A stretch of DNA of 63,943 nt, the filler included, from an uncultured Methanosarcinales archaeon (GTDB lineage Archaea; Nanobdellota; Nanobdellia; Woesearchaeales; CAZXZL01): assembly GCA_964645415.1 (NCBI GenBank). It is 8 parts of 8 records of this genome, joined end to end, with 100 filler letters (N's around TTAATTAATTAA, not from the genome) between each part and the next. Parts side by side here need not be neighbours in the genome. Positions count along the whole stretch, not along the records: positions 1 to 10,045 come from CAZXZL010000035.1; positions 10,146 to 19,835 come from CAZXZL010000036.1; 6 more parts are not named here. One strand, given 5' to 3'. The notes below the pieces were generated by a model. That model did not search any database, was not told the origin of the DNA, and saw only the letters and a list, made by a program, of their open reading frames with translations. How positions within the stretch are numbered: position 1 is the first letter of the stretch; each line of letters opens with the position of its first letter. A program made the position numbers and the translations under genes. Shown here one piece after another: positions 1-10,384 of the stretch.

Positions 1-150
1 AAGTTTATGCTAAAGAAGTGTGTATTCGTGGATTGTCTTTCAGAGTGTGTATTCGTTTTTCCTCTAATTAAAATAAAAGAAAGTTTACAGAAATAAGATA
101 AAAATATTTTAGAAACTTCAGTGCCATACATCGTATGGTACATGTTTTTA
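1..150 (+). repeat. Interspersed mosaic repeat: TATTCG units plus core hairpin at 121-141
   Basis: GTATTCGT at 22 and 49; GTGCCATAC-ATC-GTATGGTAC. Confidence 0.8.
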
Positions 151-224
151 CCAATTTTTTCCTAAAAAATTGTTTTAAATTACTAAAGAAAATCTTTATT
201 AAATCTGATTTATTCTATAATAAT

Positions 225-3200
225 ATGAAGTATTCAGAAGATATGAAGAAATATTTTGACAAAATAGAATCTGATGTTAAGTCAGAATATGATTTTGCTA
301 TGAAAGCAAGAAAAAAAGGATATGATCCTGAAGAACAAGTTTCTATTAAATTAGCAAAAAATATGGTAGAGAGAGTTGAAGGTCTCATTTCTTCTGAAAT
401 TCCACAAATAATTGGTTCTGGTATGATTGATAGAATTAATGAACTTGAAAAAGAGTATGGAAGACTTGATTGGAGAGTTTCATTAAAAATTGCAGAGGAA
501 GTTGCTAAGGAAAAATTTTGTGAGTTTGAAGATTTAAAATCAGCAATAGAAGCTGGAATTAGAGTTGGTTTTGCTTATCATACATTAGGTATTGTTGCAG
601 CACCACTTGAAGGATTTGTAGGTATTAATATTAAAGATAGAAATGATGAAGGACAATATCTTGAAATGAATTATGCTGGTCCTGTAAGAGGTGCTGGTGG
701 AACTGCTGCATCTTTTTCTGTTATGCTTGGAGATTATGTAAGAAAAAAATTAGGATTAAAAAAATATGATCCAACTGAAAGAGAAGTTAATAGATATGTA
801 ACAGAATTATTTGATTATGATGATAGAATTACTTCTTTACAATATAGACCAGAAAGTGAGGAAGCTAAGTTCTTTTATTCAAACTTACCTGTAGAAATAA
901 GTGGTGACTTTAATAAATCTGTTGAAGTTAGTAATTATAAAGATCTTAAAAGAGTTGAAAGTAATGGTATTAGAAGTGGTATGTGCCTTGTATTTTCTAT
1001 GCTTTGTTTAAAATCAAAGAAACTATGGCGTAGAATTGATGATTGGGGTAGAGATTTTGATATGGAAAATTGGTTATTTTTAGAAGAATTTCTAAAACTT
1101 CAAAAAAAATTACATGCAACTGATTCTAATAAAAAATCAAAGAAAAAATCTGATGATCAAAAAGAAATAAAAATTGATAATAAATTTGAAAATATTTATG
1201 AAATAAAAAATAATATTTACTTAAATGATAATCCTCATAAAGAACTAGATTTCAAAGATAAATCTGATGAAAAAGAATTCTATTGTGGTAAAATACCAAC
1301 CCCTGATACAACTTTTATTACTGATTTAGTTGCAGGACGTCCAATTTATTCACATCCTGGAAGAATAGGTGGATTTAGGTTAAGATATGGTAGATCACGA
1401 ACATCAGGGTTTTCTTCTGCATCAATTCATCCTGCTTATCAGGTTTTATCTGATGATTCTATTGCGATTGGAACTCAGTTAAAAGTAGAAAGACCTGGAA
1501 AGGCTGCAGGAATAACTTCTGTATCTACAGTTGAACCACCAACTGTTTTATTAGAAGATGGTGATGTAGTTAAAGTTAGAACTTATGAGGAAGCTAAAAA
1601 AATAAAAAACAAAGTAAAAAAGATATTATTTTTAGGTGACATGTTACTTAATTATGGAGATTTTTTTGAAAATGGTCAACCTTTAGTTCCTTCTGGTTAT
1701 TGTGAAGAACAATACGCATTAGAATTAGAAAAAAAATTAATAGAAAAATTCAATATTAAAGAAGATGTTTCTGAAAAAAAATATTATCAAAGAAGAGAAA
1801 TTTATGAAGATAAAAAAGATAAAATTTCTAAATTAATAGAAAGTAAGTTAAATGATAAAAAAGAAGAATTAACTAAATATAAAGACTCATTTAAATCATT
1901 TAATGAATCCTTTGAATCTACTTTTAATGATATTAATAAAAAATCAGATGAATTATCTAATTTAATCATTGATTTGATTATAGAACCAACAAAGACAAAA
2001 ATTAATTTTTATAATAGCTTTTTAATCTCATTTATTTTTAATTTACCAATGTTTTCAGAATTTATTAATTACTGGTCCGCAATAACTTCTGATGGTGTAG
2101 AAAAATTATTTAATTATTTTAATAGTAAAGCTACAATAAAAAAAGATTTAGATAAAATAATAATTCCTTATGATGAAAAAATAAAAGAAATCCTTGAAAA
2201 AATAGGTTTAGAACATAAAAAACAATTTGAAGAAAAAATAATTATTTCAAAAGAAAATGCATATTCTATTTACTTTCAATTAGGTTTATTTAATGATTTA
2301 AAACTTCCTAATGTTAAAAGAAGTACAGGTATTGGAACAATTAATTTAATTTCTTTATTTACTATTAGAGATAAATGTGGAACTTTTGTTGGAGCTAGGA
2401 TGGGAAGACCTGAAAAAGCGAAAATGAGAAAATTAAAAGGTTCTCCTCATTCATTATTTCCTGTTGGAGAAGAAGGAGGAAGAATGAGATCAATGAATGC
2501 GGCTTATGAAGAAAAGAAAGCACATGTAAATATGGCTTTATATAAATGTGAAGATTGTGATAAAACAGTTTCTCTTAGTAGATGTCCTTATTGTAATAAA
2601 AAAACAAAGAAATTGTATAACTGTTCTCAATGTGGAATTATTGATGAAGAATGTGATCACGAACCAAAAAGATATTCAAGAAGAGATGTTCCTATTAAAG
2701 AAATTATGGATAAATTGAAATTTAAACATAATACAAGAATACCTGATTTAGTAAAAGGTGTTAGAGGTACTTCTAATAAAGATCATATTGCAGAACATCC
2801 TGTTAAAGGTTTTTTAAGATCATCTTATAATTTATGTGTAAATAAAGACGGAACAATAAGATATGATATGAGTGAATTACCAGTAACTCATTTTAAACCT
2901 AAAGAAATTGGCACTTCAATTGAAAAATTAAAAGAATTAGGTTATAAAAAAGATATATATGGAAATGAAATTAAAGATGAAGAACAAATTCTTGAATTAA
3001 AACCACAAGACCTTTTAATACCTTCTTTAGATAACTCTTTTATTAAATCAGCAAAAAAAGTATTTTTCAACATTGCTAATTTTTTAGATTCTTTACTTGA
3101 AAATCTTTATGAAATGGAACCTTATTATAATTTAGAAGAACCAAAAGATTTAGTCGGTCATTATGTTTTAGCTTTAGCACCACACACTTCAGCAGCAAGT

Positions 3201-4040
3201 GTTGCAAGAATAATTGGATTTACAGAAACACAAGGTTTTTTTGCTCATCCAATGATGCATGCTGGTTTACGTAGAGATTGTGATGGTGATGAAGGAGCAA
3301 TTTTATTATTAATGGATGCTTTCTTGAATTTTTCACAAAAATATCTTCCTGATAGACGTGGGGCAAGAACAATGGATGCTCCTTTAGTATTAACTTCTAT
3401 CTTAGATCCTTCTGAAGTAGATGAAATGTTTTTTAATTTAGATCCTGTTGATAGGTATCCTATAGGTTTTTATAAAAAAGCATTTGATGGAGTTCATTCC
3501 GCTGAAGTTGACATGATTGAAATAATGGAAAAAAGATTAGGAACTCCTAAACAATATGAAGATCTTTATTTTACTCATGATACTGATGATTTAAATGCTG
3601 GTGTAAGTGTTTCTTCTTATAAAACACTTCCTGACATGGCTAAAAAATTAAAAATGCAATTAGGAATAGGTGTAAAAAATAGAGCTGTAGATAGTGAAGA
3701 TGTAGCAAAATTAACTATTGAAAAGCATTTTATAAGAGATATTAAAGGTAATTTAAGAAAATTTAGTATGCAAGAGTTTAGATGTGGTAGTTGTAATAAG
3801 AAATTTAGAAGAGTTCCATTAAATGGTAATGGAAAATGTGATGTTTGTGGTGGCAATATAATTTATACAATTTCTGAAGGAAGTGTAATTAAATATTTAG
3901 ATTATTCTCTTGACATGGTTAATGAATATCCAGTACCTGAGTATTTAAAACAAACAATTAACTTACTGAATTCGAGAATAGAATCAGTTTTTGGTAAAGA
4001 AGAAGAAATGCAATCTTCATTAAGTAGTTTTTCTAAATAG
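225..4040 (+). CDS. polC: DNA polymerase D large subunit DP2
   Basis: YAGPVRGAGGT, GGFRLRYGRSR, GARMGRPEKA, catalytic RRDCDGDE, C-terminal Zn finger and PIP-like QSSLSSF. Start moved from 135 to ATG 225 because the 5' extension overlaps a repeat hairpin. Confidence 0.97.
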   Translation: MKYSEDMKKYFDKIESDVKSEYDFAMKARKKGYDPEEQVSIKLAKNMVERVEGLISSEIPQIIGSGMIDRINELEKEYGRLDWRVSLKIAEEVAKEKFCEFEDLKSAIEAGIRVGFAYHTLGIVAAPLEGFVGINIKDRNDEGQYLEMNYAGPVRGAGGTAASFSVMLGDYVRKKLGLKKYDPTEREVNRYVTELFDYDDRITSLQYRPESEEAKFFYSNLPVEISGDFNKSVEVSNYKDLKRVESNGIRSGMCLVFSMLCLKSKKLWRRIDDWGRDFDMENWLFLEEFLKLQKKLHATDSNKKSKKKSDDQKEIKIDNKFENIYEIKNNIYLNDNPHKELDFKDKSDEKEFYCGKIPTPDTTFITDLVAGRPIYSHPGRIGGFRLRYGRSRTSGFSSASIHPAYQVLSDDSIAIGTQLKVERPGKAAGITSVSTVEPPTVLLEDGDVVKVRTYEEAKKIKNKVKKILFLGDMLLNYGDFFENGQPLVPSGYCEEQYALELEKKLIEKFNIKEDVSEKKYYQRREIYEDKKDKISKLIESKLNDKKEELTKYKDSFKSFNESFESTFNDINKKSDELSNLIIDLIIEPTKTKINFYNSFLISFIFNLPMFSEFINYWSAITSDGVEKLFNYFNSKATIKKDLDKIIIPYDEKIKEILEKIGLEHKKQFEEKIIISKENAYSIYFQLGLFNDLKLPNVKRSTGIGTINLISLFTIRDKCGTFVGARMGRPEKAKMRKLKGSPHSLFPVGEEGGRMRSMNAAYEEKKAHVNMALYKCEDCDKTVSLSRCPYCNKKTKKLYNCSQCGIIDEECDHEPKRYSRRDVPIKEIMDKLKFKHNTRIPDLVKGVRGTSNKDHIAEHPVKGFLRSSYNLCVNKDGTIRYDMSELPVTHFKPKEIGTSIEKLKELGYKKDIYGNEIKDEEQILELKPQDLLIPSLDNSFIKSAKKVFFNIANFLDSLLENLYEMEPYYNLEEPKDLVGHYVLALAPHTSAASVARIIGFTETQGFFAHPMMHAGLRRDCDGDEGAILLLMDAFLNFSQKYLPDRRGARTMDAPLVLTSILDPSEVDEMFFNLDPVDRYPIGFYKKAFDGVHSAEVDMIEIMEKRLGTPKQYEDLYFTHDTDDLNAGVSVSSYKTLPDMAKKLKMQLGIGVKNRAVDSEDVAKLTIEKHFIRDIKGNLRKFSMQEFRCGSCNKKFRRVPLNGNGKCDVCGGNIIYTISEGSVIKYLDYSLDMVNEYPVPEYLKQTINLLNSRIESVFGKEEEMQSSLSSFSK

Positions 4041-4044
4041 TAAA

Positions 4045-4150
4045 AATATTCGTATTTAGCTAAAGAGTATGTCTTCGTTTATTTTCTAAAGAAATAGTAG
4101 GGCAAAATCATCTAAGAGAACTCTTGTCGACTTTTTATAAAAAAGTCTCC
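4045..4150 (+). repeat. Interspersed mosaic repeat: TATTCG units, GTAGGGCAAAATCATCTAA, secondary hairpin
   Basis: Motifs shared with 13640-13925 and 36525-36616. Confidence 0.8.
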
Positions 4151-4288
4151 TAAATAATATTAATTTATGTAAAAAATATTTATGATAAGTAACTTTTTTA
4201 TCCTTTTAGATTTCTTTTTTAAATATTATTAAATATCTATTCGAAACTTTTTTATATATTCGAAGTTAAACTTTGATGTGTATAGAAA

Positions 4289-4585
4289 ATGCCAGATCTT
4301 TTACAGTTATCAGGATTTAAAGATTTAGAAAAGGACCAAATGATTGTTCTTAAGAAAGTTGTTGGGAACTATATTTCAAACTTCTCTGGTTATGGAGATG
4401 TTGAAACACTATCCTTACATTTAAAAAAAATAAGTGAAACTGAAGCATCAGCTATTTATCAAATTAAATCTAATCTTGAGTTTGATGATAAAAAATATAA
4501 TTCTTCATCAGAGAATAGAAATTTATTTGTATGTATTGATGATGTTATGAAAAAATTAGAAACACAAATCAAATCTGATCAATAA
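4289..4585 (+). CDS. HPF/RaiA-like (ribosome hibernation fold) small protein
   Basis: 98 aa; C-terminal SENRNLFVCIDDVMKKLETQI resembles the HPF DLYxAIDxxxxKLERQL helix. Confidence 0.5.
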   Translation: MPDLLQLSGFKDLEKDQMIVLKKVVGNYISNFSGYGDVETLSLHLKKISETEASAIYQIKSNLEFDDKKYNSSSENRNLFVCIDDVMKKLETQIKSDQ

Positions 4586-4587
4586 AA

Positions 4588-7299
4588 ATGTCTAGTAAAT
4601 CTGATTCTAAGGGTTCAAAAGTAGGTTTAAGTATGCTTTTTGATGGTATAAAGAAAGTAGATTCTTTTGTAGGAGATAATTTTTCTAAACCATTACTTTA
4701 TGGTTTTATCTTAATTGCAGTTGCTTTTTTCTTTTCTATGAATGTAAGACTTGAATCTGCAAGATTAAATGTTGCAGAAGATTGGGCAGAAGATACAATG
4801 TATAACCAAATGATGGGACAAGTAGAGATGCAATTAGCTCAAGATCCTGAATTTAGTGCTTTACCTCCTGAAATGCAACAACAAAGAATAGAATCAGAAT
4901 TAATGAATATGGTTGATGATATGGGTGATCAATTTAATGAACAAGTTGAAATGCAGGCCGATATGATTAGACAACATTTTCAAAATGAACATGGTACAAC
5001 TTATCTTTTAGGTATTGATCCATATCACTTTTTAAGAAGAACTGAAAATTTTTATAATCACGGAAGCATTGGTGATGAAGTTATAAATGGAACAGATTAT
5101 GATATTTACATGCATGGTGGTGTAGGTAGTGAAAGAAGTAAATATGGAGATTTACTTGAACCAATAGGTGCTTTATTTCATAGAATTAATCTTTTTTTCA
5201 ATGCAGATGCAGATATTATGCATAGTGTATCATTAGTTCCTCCTGTTATATTTTCTTTATCTGTCATTTTTGCTTTTTTTATTATTTTTATGTTTACAAA
5301 ATCTTATTTAGCTTCTTTTTTTACTTCATTGTTTTTAGGTATTACTCCAGGAATTGTACATGCTACAAGTGCTGGTTTTTTTGATACTGGTTTTTTTGAA
5401 ATTTTCTTTCCTATGCTAACTTTATTTTTAGTTTTAAAGATGTTTAGAGAAAAAAATACTTATAAAAAATTAGGTTGGGTAATTGTCACATCATTTAGTT
5501 TTTTATTATTTAGAATAGCATGGGAATGGTGGTATACTTTTGTTATTTTTCAAGGAGTTTTAGCAATATATGTTGCTTATTTAATATTAGAATACATTCT
5601 TCTAACAAAAAAAGATGTTAAATTAATTCATGATAAAAAAATTATAAAAAAGAACTTTAAAAATACAATTTTAACTATCTTTTTCTTTTTTACATTTACT
5701 TTTTTAATTATTGGAACTTATGATAATAATTATTCTTTACTTGATTTTACTGGTTTAGATAGAGTTTTAGATAGGGTTGAGATTTCAGATCCAACTAGAG
5801 GAGGTAGGTTATGGCCAAATGTTTATACAACTGTTGCAGAATTAAATCCAGGTAATATTGGTCAAGCAATTGATTCTTTAGGTGGAGAAATATTTTTTGG
5901 TTTATCATTATTTGGTATTTTGGCTCTGTTTTTTGATGCTTTTAAAAACAAAGATTCATCAAAACTTATTGTAGGATTATTTTTATCAAGTCTTGTTGCT
6001 GGTGGAATATATACATTACTTGAAGGAACTAGATTTATTAGATTATTATTACCTTATCTTGTGTTAAGTTTAGGCTTTGCTTTTTATTATATTAAGGAAC
6101 TTTTAACTCATTTTGTAAATGAATATAATCCTGAATGGTTTAATAAAAACCATAAAAAATTAGCTGTTTATTTACCTATGATTATATTTTTATTTTTAGC
6201 TGTAATTCCTATGCACTCAGAAGCTATGGTTCAAGCAAGACAAAATGTACCTCAGATGAGTGATGGTTGGTATAATTCTTTAGAATACATAAGAGATAAT
6301 ACAGATGAAAATGCTATTTTAATGTCTTGGTGGGATTTTGGTCATTGGTTTAAAGGAGTAGCAAGACGTGCTGTTGTTTTTGATGGAGCAAGTCAAAATT
6401 CACCAGTTGCACATTGGGTTGGAAGAGCTTTATTATCTGATCATAATGAATCTTATGGGATTAATAGAATGCTTGCTTGTGGTACAAGAAATAGTGCATT
6501 TGATACTTTATATGATGAATTAGATGAAGACTTTTTTGAAGCAATGGATGTTCTTGAAAATTTAATTATGATGAATAAGAGTGAAGCAAGAAGTTATTTA
6601 GAAGATAATTTTAGTTCTGAATTCACTGAAAAAATGCTTGATGAGACTCATTGTAAAGATAGAGAAATGTATGTTATTGCAAGTGAAGATATGATTGGTA
6701 AATCTGGTGTATGGGGTCATTTTGGTTCTTGGAATTTTACTAGATCACATATTTGGAATTCATATAATTCAAATAGAAGAAATATTGATTCATTTATTCA
6801 AAGTGTAACTTCAGTTACTGATATTGATGATCAAGAAGCTGTTGATATTTATAATGAACTTTCAATGATGACTAATGATCAAGCTCAAGAATGGATTTCT
6901 CCTTGGCCTAGTTTTATGGGTCCAGAATCATCTTGTCAGAAATCAGGAAACATGCTTCAATGTCAAGAAGGGCTTGAAATAAATTTAGAAAATAAATCAG
7001 AATCGATAATATCTGTTCAAGGTGGAGTTATGCAACCACATTCAATATTTTATTATGATTATGACAAAGAAGAGTTTAATGAAGTTATTATTGATGAAGA
7101 CAGTGATTTTTCTGTTTCATTAATTAATGATAGTGATTCTTATAGTGCTGTAATTGGTAATAAAGAAGTTATTGGTGGTCTTTTTGATAAACTATTCTTT
7201 CATTCTCACTTAGAAGAGATTGGAAACTATGAATTGTTTAATGAAGATAGAAGTATTGTTGGAGGAAGAATCTATTATTGGAAGGTGACTTGGAATTAA
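4588..7299 (+). CDS. aglB: STT3-family oligosaccharyltransferase AglB
   Basis: GIDPYH, GFFDT, TVAE and WWDFG motifs; multiple TM helices. Confidence 0.95.
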   Translation: MSSKSDSKGSKVGLSMLFDGIKKVDSFVGDNFSKPLLYGFILIAVAFFFSMNVRLESARLNVAEDWAEDTMYNQMMGQVEMQLAQDPEFSALPPEMQQQRIESELMNMVDDMGDQFNEQVEMQADMIRQHFQNEHGTTYLLGIDPYHFLRRTENFYNHGSIGDEVINGTDYDIYMHGGVGSERSKYGDLLEPIGALFHRINLFFNADADIMHSVSLVPPVIFSLSVIFAFFIIFMFTKSYLASFFTSLFLGITPGIVHATSAGFFDTGFFEIFFPMLTLFLVLKMFREKNTYKKLGWVIVTSFSFLLFRIAWEWWYTFVIFQGVLAIYVAYLILEYILLTKKDVKLIHDKKIIKKNFKNTILTIFFFFTFTFLIIGTYDNNYSLLDFTGLDRVLDRVEISDPTRGGRLWPNVYTTVAELNPGNIGQAIDSLGGEIFFGLSLFGILALFFDAFKNKDSSKLIVGLFLSSLVAGGIYTLLEGTRFIRLLLPYLVLSLGFAFYYIKELLTHFVNEYNPEWFNKNHKKLAVYLPMIIFLFLAVIPMHSEAMVQARQNVPQMSDGWYNSLEYIRDNTDENAILMSWWDFGHWFKGVARRAVVFDGASQNSPVAHWVGRALLSDHNESYGINRMLACGTRNSAFDTLYDELDEDFFEAMDVLENLIMMNKSEARSYLEDNFSSEFTEKMLDETHCKDREMYVIASEDMIGKSGVWGHFGSWNFTRSHIWNSYNSNRRNIDSFIQSVTSVTDIDDQEAVDIYNELSMMTNDQAQEWISPWPSFMGPESSCQKSGNMLQCQEGLEINLENKSESIISVQGGVMQPHSIFYYDYDKEEFNEVIIDEDSDFSVSLINDSDSYSAVIGNKEVIGGLFDKLFFHSHLEEIGNYELFNEDRSIVGGRIYYWKVTWN

Positions 7300-7300
7300 C

Positions 7301-8683
7301 ATGAATCTTCATTTTTTAGATCGGATTCAATCAAAGCTAAATGAATTTGATTTCTTTTGGACAATTAATGTAGAAAAATCTCAAAATATAGGTATTACTT
7401 CATATAATGATGAAGTAGAAAAAATAAAATATTCTAATAATATGGGTCTAAGTGTTTCTTTGAATGACTTTAAAAGAAAGAAATTCTTTGTTGAAACAAT
7501 TAATGATTCATTTGATGTGAAAAAATTTATACAAAAATTAGATAGTTCTGCAAAAAAATTAGATTCTATTGATATTAATAGTTTAAATATAAATGATAAT
7601 ATTGTTAATGATTCTTTTAAAACAGATTATAAAATTAATCCAAAAGATATTGATTTTGAAGAAAAAAAGGATTTATGTTTAAACACATCATCAAATATTG
7701 ATAATTATAATTCAAGATTTAGTTATATTGAAAAGATTGGTAAAAAGAAAATAATTAACTCATTTGGCTCTAATGTTGACTTTAATCAAAACAGAATGTT
7801 AATTAATCTATCTTTAAAAAAGAGAGATAACAATAATGAGATTCAAAATTACTCTGCAAGAAGAGCATATCAATGTGGATATGAAATTGTGAATTCTGTT
7901 GACCAAATGATTGATGAAGCAAAAAATGGTATTAATGATCTTTTAGTTGCTGATTCAATTAATGGTGGAAAGTATAATGTTGTTTTAGATGGTGAATTAA
8001 ATGGTGTTTTTATGCATGAAGCATTAGGTCATGCAAGTGAGGCTGATTTGGTTCTTTCTGGAGATTCTTGTTTATCTAATTCTTTAGGTAAAAAGATAGC
8101 TCCTGATCATATAACACTTCATGAAAATCCAACACCAAAATCATTGTGGGGTTCTTATCAAGCCGATGATGATGGTTTTTCAGTTTCTGATAATAAAATA
8201 ATTGATAATGGAGTTATGAATACTTTTATTTCAAATCTTGACTCAAAAAAGAGATTAAAAAGAGATCATAATATTTCTACTAAGCTAACTGGAAATTCAA
8301 GAAGAGAAAGTTTTGGTTATCCTACTCAAGTAAGGATGTCAAATACTTATCTTGAAAAAGGAGATTATTCTAAAGAAGAGTTATTAGAAGAGATAAAAAA
8401 CGGTTTTTATCTTAAAGGTAGCTCAGGAGGTCAAGTAGATACATCAAAAGGTACTTTTCAATTTTCAACTGATTATGGTTATTTAGTTGAAAATGGAGAA
8501 ATTAAAAAACCAGTAAAAAATATCTCTTTTGGAGGTAGAACTCTTGATGTTTTAAATAGTATTGAAAAAATATCTAATAAATATGAGAATGGAATGGCTG
8601 GTTTTTGTGGAAAAGGAGGTCAAAGTGTACCTACTGGTGGAAATAATCCTTCAGTATTTGTAAAAAACATGTTGATTGGATAA
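7301..8683 (+). CDS. tldD: TldD family metalloprotease
   Basis: HEALGHxxExD, RMSNT and C-terminal CGKGGQ motifs. Confidence 0.93.
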   Translation: MNLHFLDRIQSKLNEFDFFWTINVEKSQNIGITSYNDEVEKIKYSNNMGLSVSLNDFKRKKFFVETINDSFDVKKFIQKLDSSAKKLDSIDINSLNINDNIVNDSFKTDYKINPKDIDFEEKKDLCLNTSSNIDNYNSRFSYIEKIGKKKIINSFGSNVDFNQNRMLINLSLKKRDNNNEIQNYSARRAYQCGYEIVNSVDQMIDEAKNGINDLLVADSINGGKYNVVLDGELNGVFMHEALGHASEADLVLSGDSCLSNSLGKKIAPDHITLHENPTPKSLWGSYQADDDGFSVSDNKIIDNGVMNTFISNLDSKKRLKRDHNISTKLTGNSRRESFGYPTQVRMSNTYLEKGDYSKEELLEEIKNGFYLKGSSGGQVDTSKGTFQFSTDYGYLVENGEIKKPVKNISFGGRTLDVLNSIEKISNKYENGMAGFCGKGGQSVPTGGNNPSVFVKNMLIG

Positions 8684-9960
8684 TGGAATTGAATAAATCT
8701 TTATTGGATGATGTAAAAAAATATGTTGATTATATTTCTGATTTTGGTGAAGGAGAGATTTGTTTATCCTCTGGTATTCAAAGAAAAAGTGAAGTTGTAA
8801 GAAATGAATTAAATCAAGATATTGAAAAAGAAATATTAGGTTATTCAATTAGACTGTTTATTGATGGAAAAGAAGGAACTTTTAGTTTAAAAAAATTAAA
8901 TAAAAATGTATTAGATAAAATAATAAAAATTACTAAAAGTAATTCTAAAAAAGAATATTTTAATGGTCTTCCAGAGAATAATATTACTAAACCAAAAAAA
9001 TTATCCTCTTCAAAGTTAAAAAAGTTTACATTTGATAAAATTAATACAATTCAAGAAGATATTTTGTCTGAAATTGGAAATGAAGTTAATTATAATTCAA
9101 AGATTAGTTATGATGAAAATATTGTTTATTTTTTAAACACTAATGGTGTTGAATTTAAAGAAAAAGATTACTCTATTAGTGGTTCTTTTTCTTCAGTTTA
9201 TAATGATTCAGGTTATTCTGATTATATTAGTACTTGTAAGAATATTGAATATCGTGACTTTAAACAGAAAGCATTAAATTCAAAAAAATTAGCAATTAAG
9301 TTTTATGAAGCAGATAAACTAAAAGAAAAACCTAAAAGTGTTACTTTACTCCCTGATTGTTTTTCTTCTATGATTAATTACTCTTATTCTTCTAATCTTA
9401 GTGCGAAAAATATTGAAAAAAACAGAAGTATTTATGATAATTTTAAAACAAAAGCTATTGATAATAATATATCTATAATTGATGATCCTTTTATATTTGG
9501 TTCTGAAAGTAGTTCTAATTATGATTTAGAAGGTGTTAATTGTAAAAAAAGTAAGATTGTTGATCAAGGTAATTTAGTTAATCCTATTACTGATTATAAT
9601 ACAGCTTTAGAAAACGATTTAGATTATTTTGGTAATTATTTTTCTGGTGTTTCGTTTAGAAATGTTATTTTTGAACATGAAAACATGCTTAAAGAAAGTG
9701 AATATGAAAAAGGAGATTTATTAATTGATAATGTTATTGGTGCTCATACTTCAAATAGTTCTACTACTGAATTTTCTGTGAATGTTCATAGTGCTTTTTA
9801 TTTTGATGGTAGTGATTTTATTCCTGTGAATAATTTTATGATATCTGGAAAAATGAAAGATATGTTAGATAAATCATGTGGAGTAGTTAGATATAAAAAA
9901 CCGTTAAAAAGTCTTTATATTAATGCATTAAAGTCTAATTGTAATGTAACTTTGAATTAA
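8683..9960 (+). CDS. pmbA: TldE/PmbA family protein (divergent)
   Basis: Overlaps the tldD stop; IIDDP...YDLEG and GAHTSN..T.EFS motifs; lacks HExxxH. Confidence 0.85.
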   Translation: MELNKSLLDDVKKYVDYISDFGEGEICLSSGIQRKSEVVRNELNQDIEKEILGYSIRLFIDGKEGTFSLKKLNKNVLDKIIKITKSNSKKEYFNGLPENNITKPKKLSSSKLKKFTFDKINTIQEDILSEIGNEVNYNSKISYDENIVYFLNTNGVEFKEKDYSISGSFSSVYNDSGYSDYISTCKNIEYRDFKQKALNSKKLAIKFYEADKLKEKPKSVTLLPDCFSSMINYSYSSNLSAKNIEKNRSIYDNFKTKAIDNNISIIDDPFIFGSESSSNYDLEGVNCKKSKIVDQGNLVNPITDYNTALENDLDYFGNYFSGVSFRNVIFEHENMLKESEYEKGDLLIDNVIGAHTSNSSTTEFSVNVHSAFYFDGSDFIPVNNFMISGKMKDMLDKSCGVVRYKKPLKSLYINALKSNCNVTLN

Positions 9961-9979
9961 TATTTGATAAATGGAGTAT

Positions 9980-10045
9980 TATTCTCAATCTGTATCACAC
10001 AATCTTTATCAAAGTTTTTAATCTGTGATTAAATAACCCTTAAAA
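9980..10045 (-). repeat. Interspersed mosaic repeat fragment (TGATAAAGATTGTGTGATA module)
   Basis: Reverse complement matches 59463-59492. Confidence 0.75.
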
Positions 10046-10145
10046 NNNNNNNNNNNNNNNNNNNNNNNNNNNNNNNNNNNNNNNNNNNNTTAATTAATTA
10101 ANNNNNNNNNNNNNNNNNNNNNNNNNNNNNNNNNNNNNNNNNNNN
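10046..10145. other. Artificial contig linker (others at 19836-19935, 28838-28937, 36617-36716, 44228-44327, 51749-51848, 59030-59129)
   Basis: 100 nt of N surrounding TTAATTAATTAA (stops in all six frames). Confidence 0.97.
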
Positions 10146-10260
10146 TCTGTAAACTAGATGCAGTTGTTACTAAAACACCTGCAGCAATTGCAGCAACTAA
10201 GATCATTGCTATAAAAATAATCAACGTTCCAATACCCATATCTGCTTTTTTATCAAACAT
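10146..10260 (-). CDS. arlB: Archaellin, 5' fragment truncated by assembly gap
   Basis: Manual translation [38 protein letters not shown]; absent from the ORF track. Confidence 0.9.
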
Positions 10261-10384
10261 ATTCACACCCTATTATGTTATTGAAAATAGAGTATTTAAA
10301 CTTTTATATAGTAGAATATAAAGAAAAGAGTAAACATAATTACAAAAAGAAATAGAAAAGAAAAAAAAAGAAAAATTAAAGTGT

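Noticed and set aside
135..224. N-terminal extension of polC in the ORF track
   Set aside because: It starts inside the repeat hairpin and spans a TATA-like region; ATG 225 fits better.
10046..10145. TTAATTAATTAA palindrome repeated seven times within N runs
   Set aside because: Artificial six-frame-stop contig linker, not biological.
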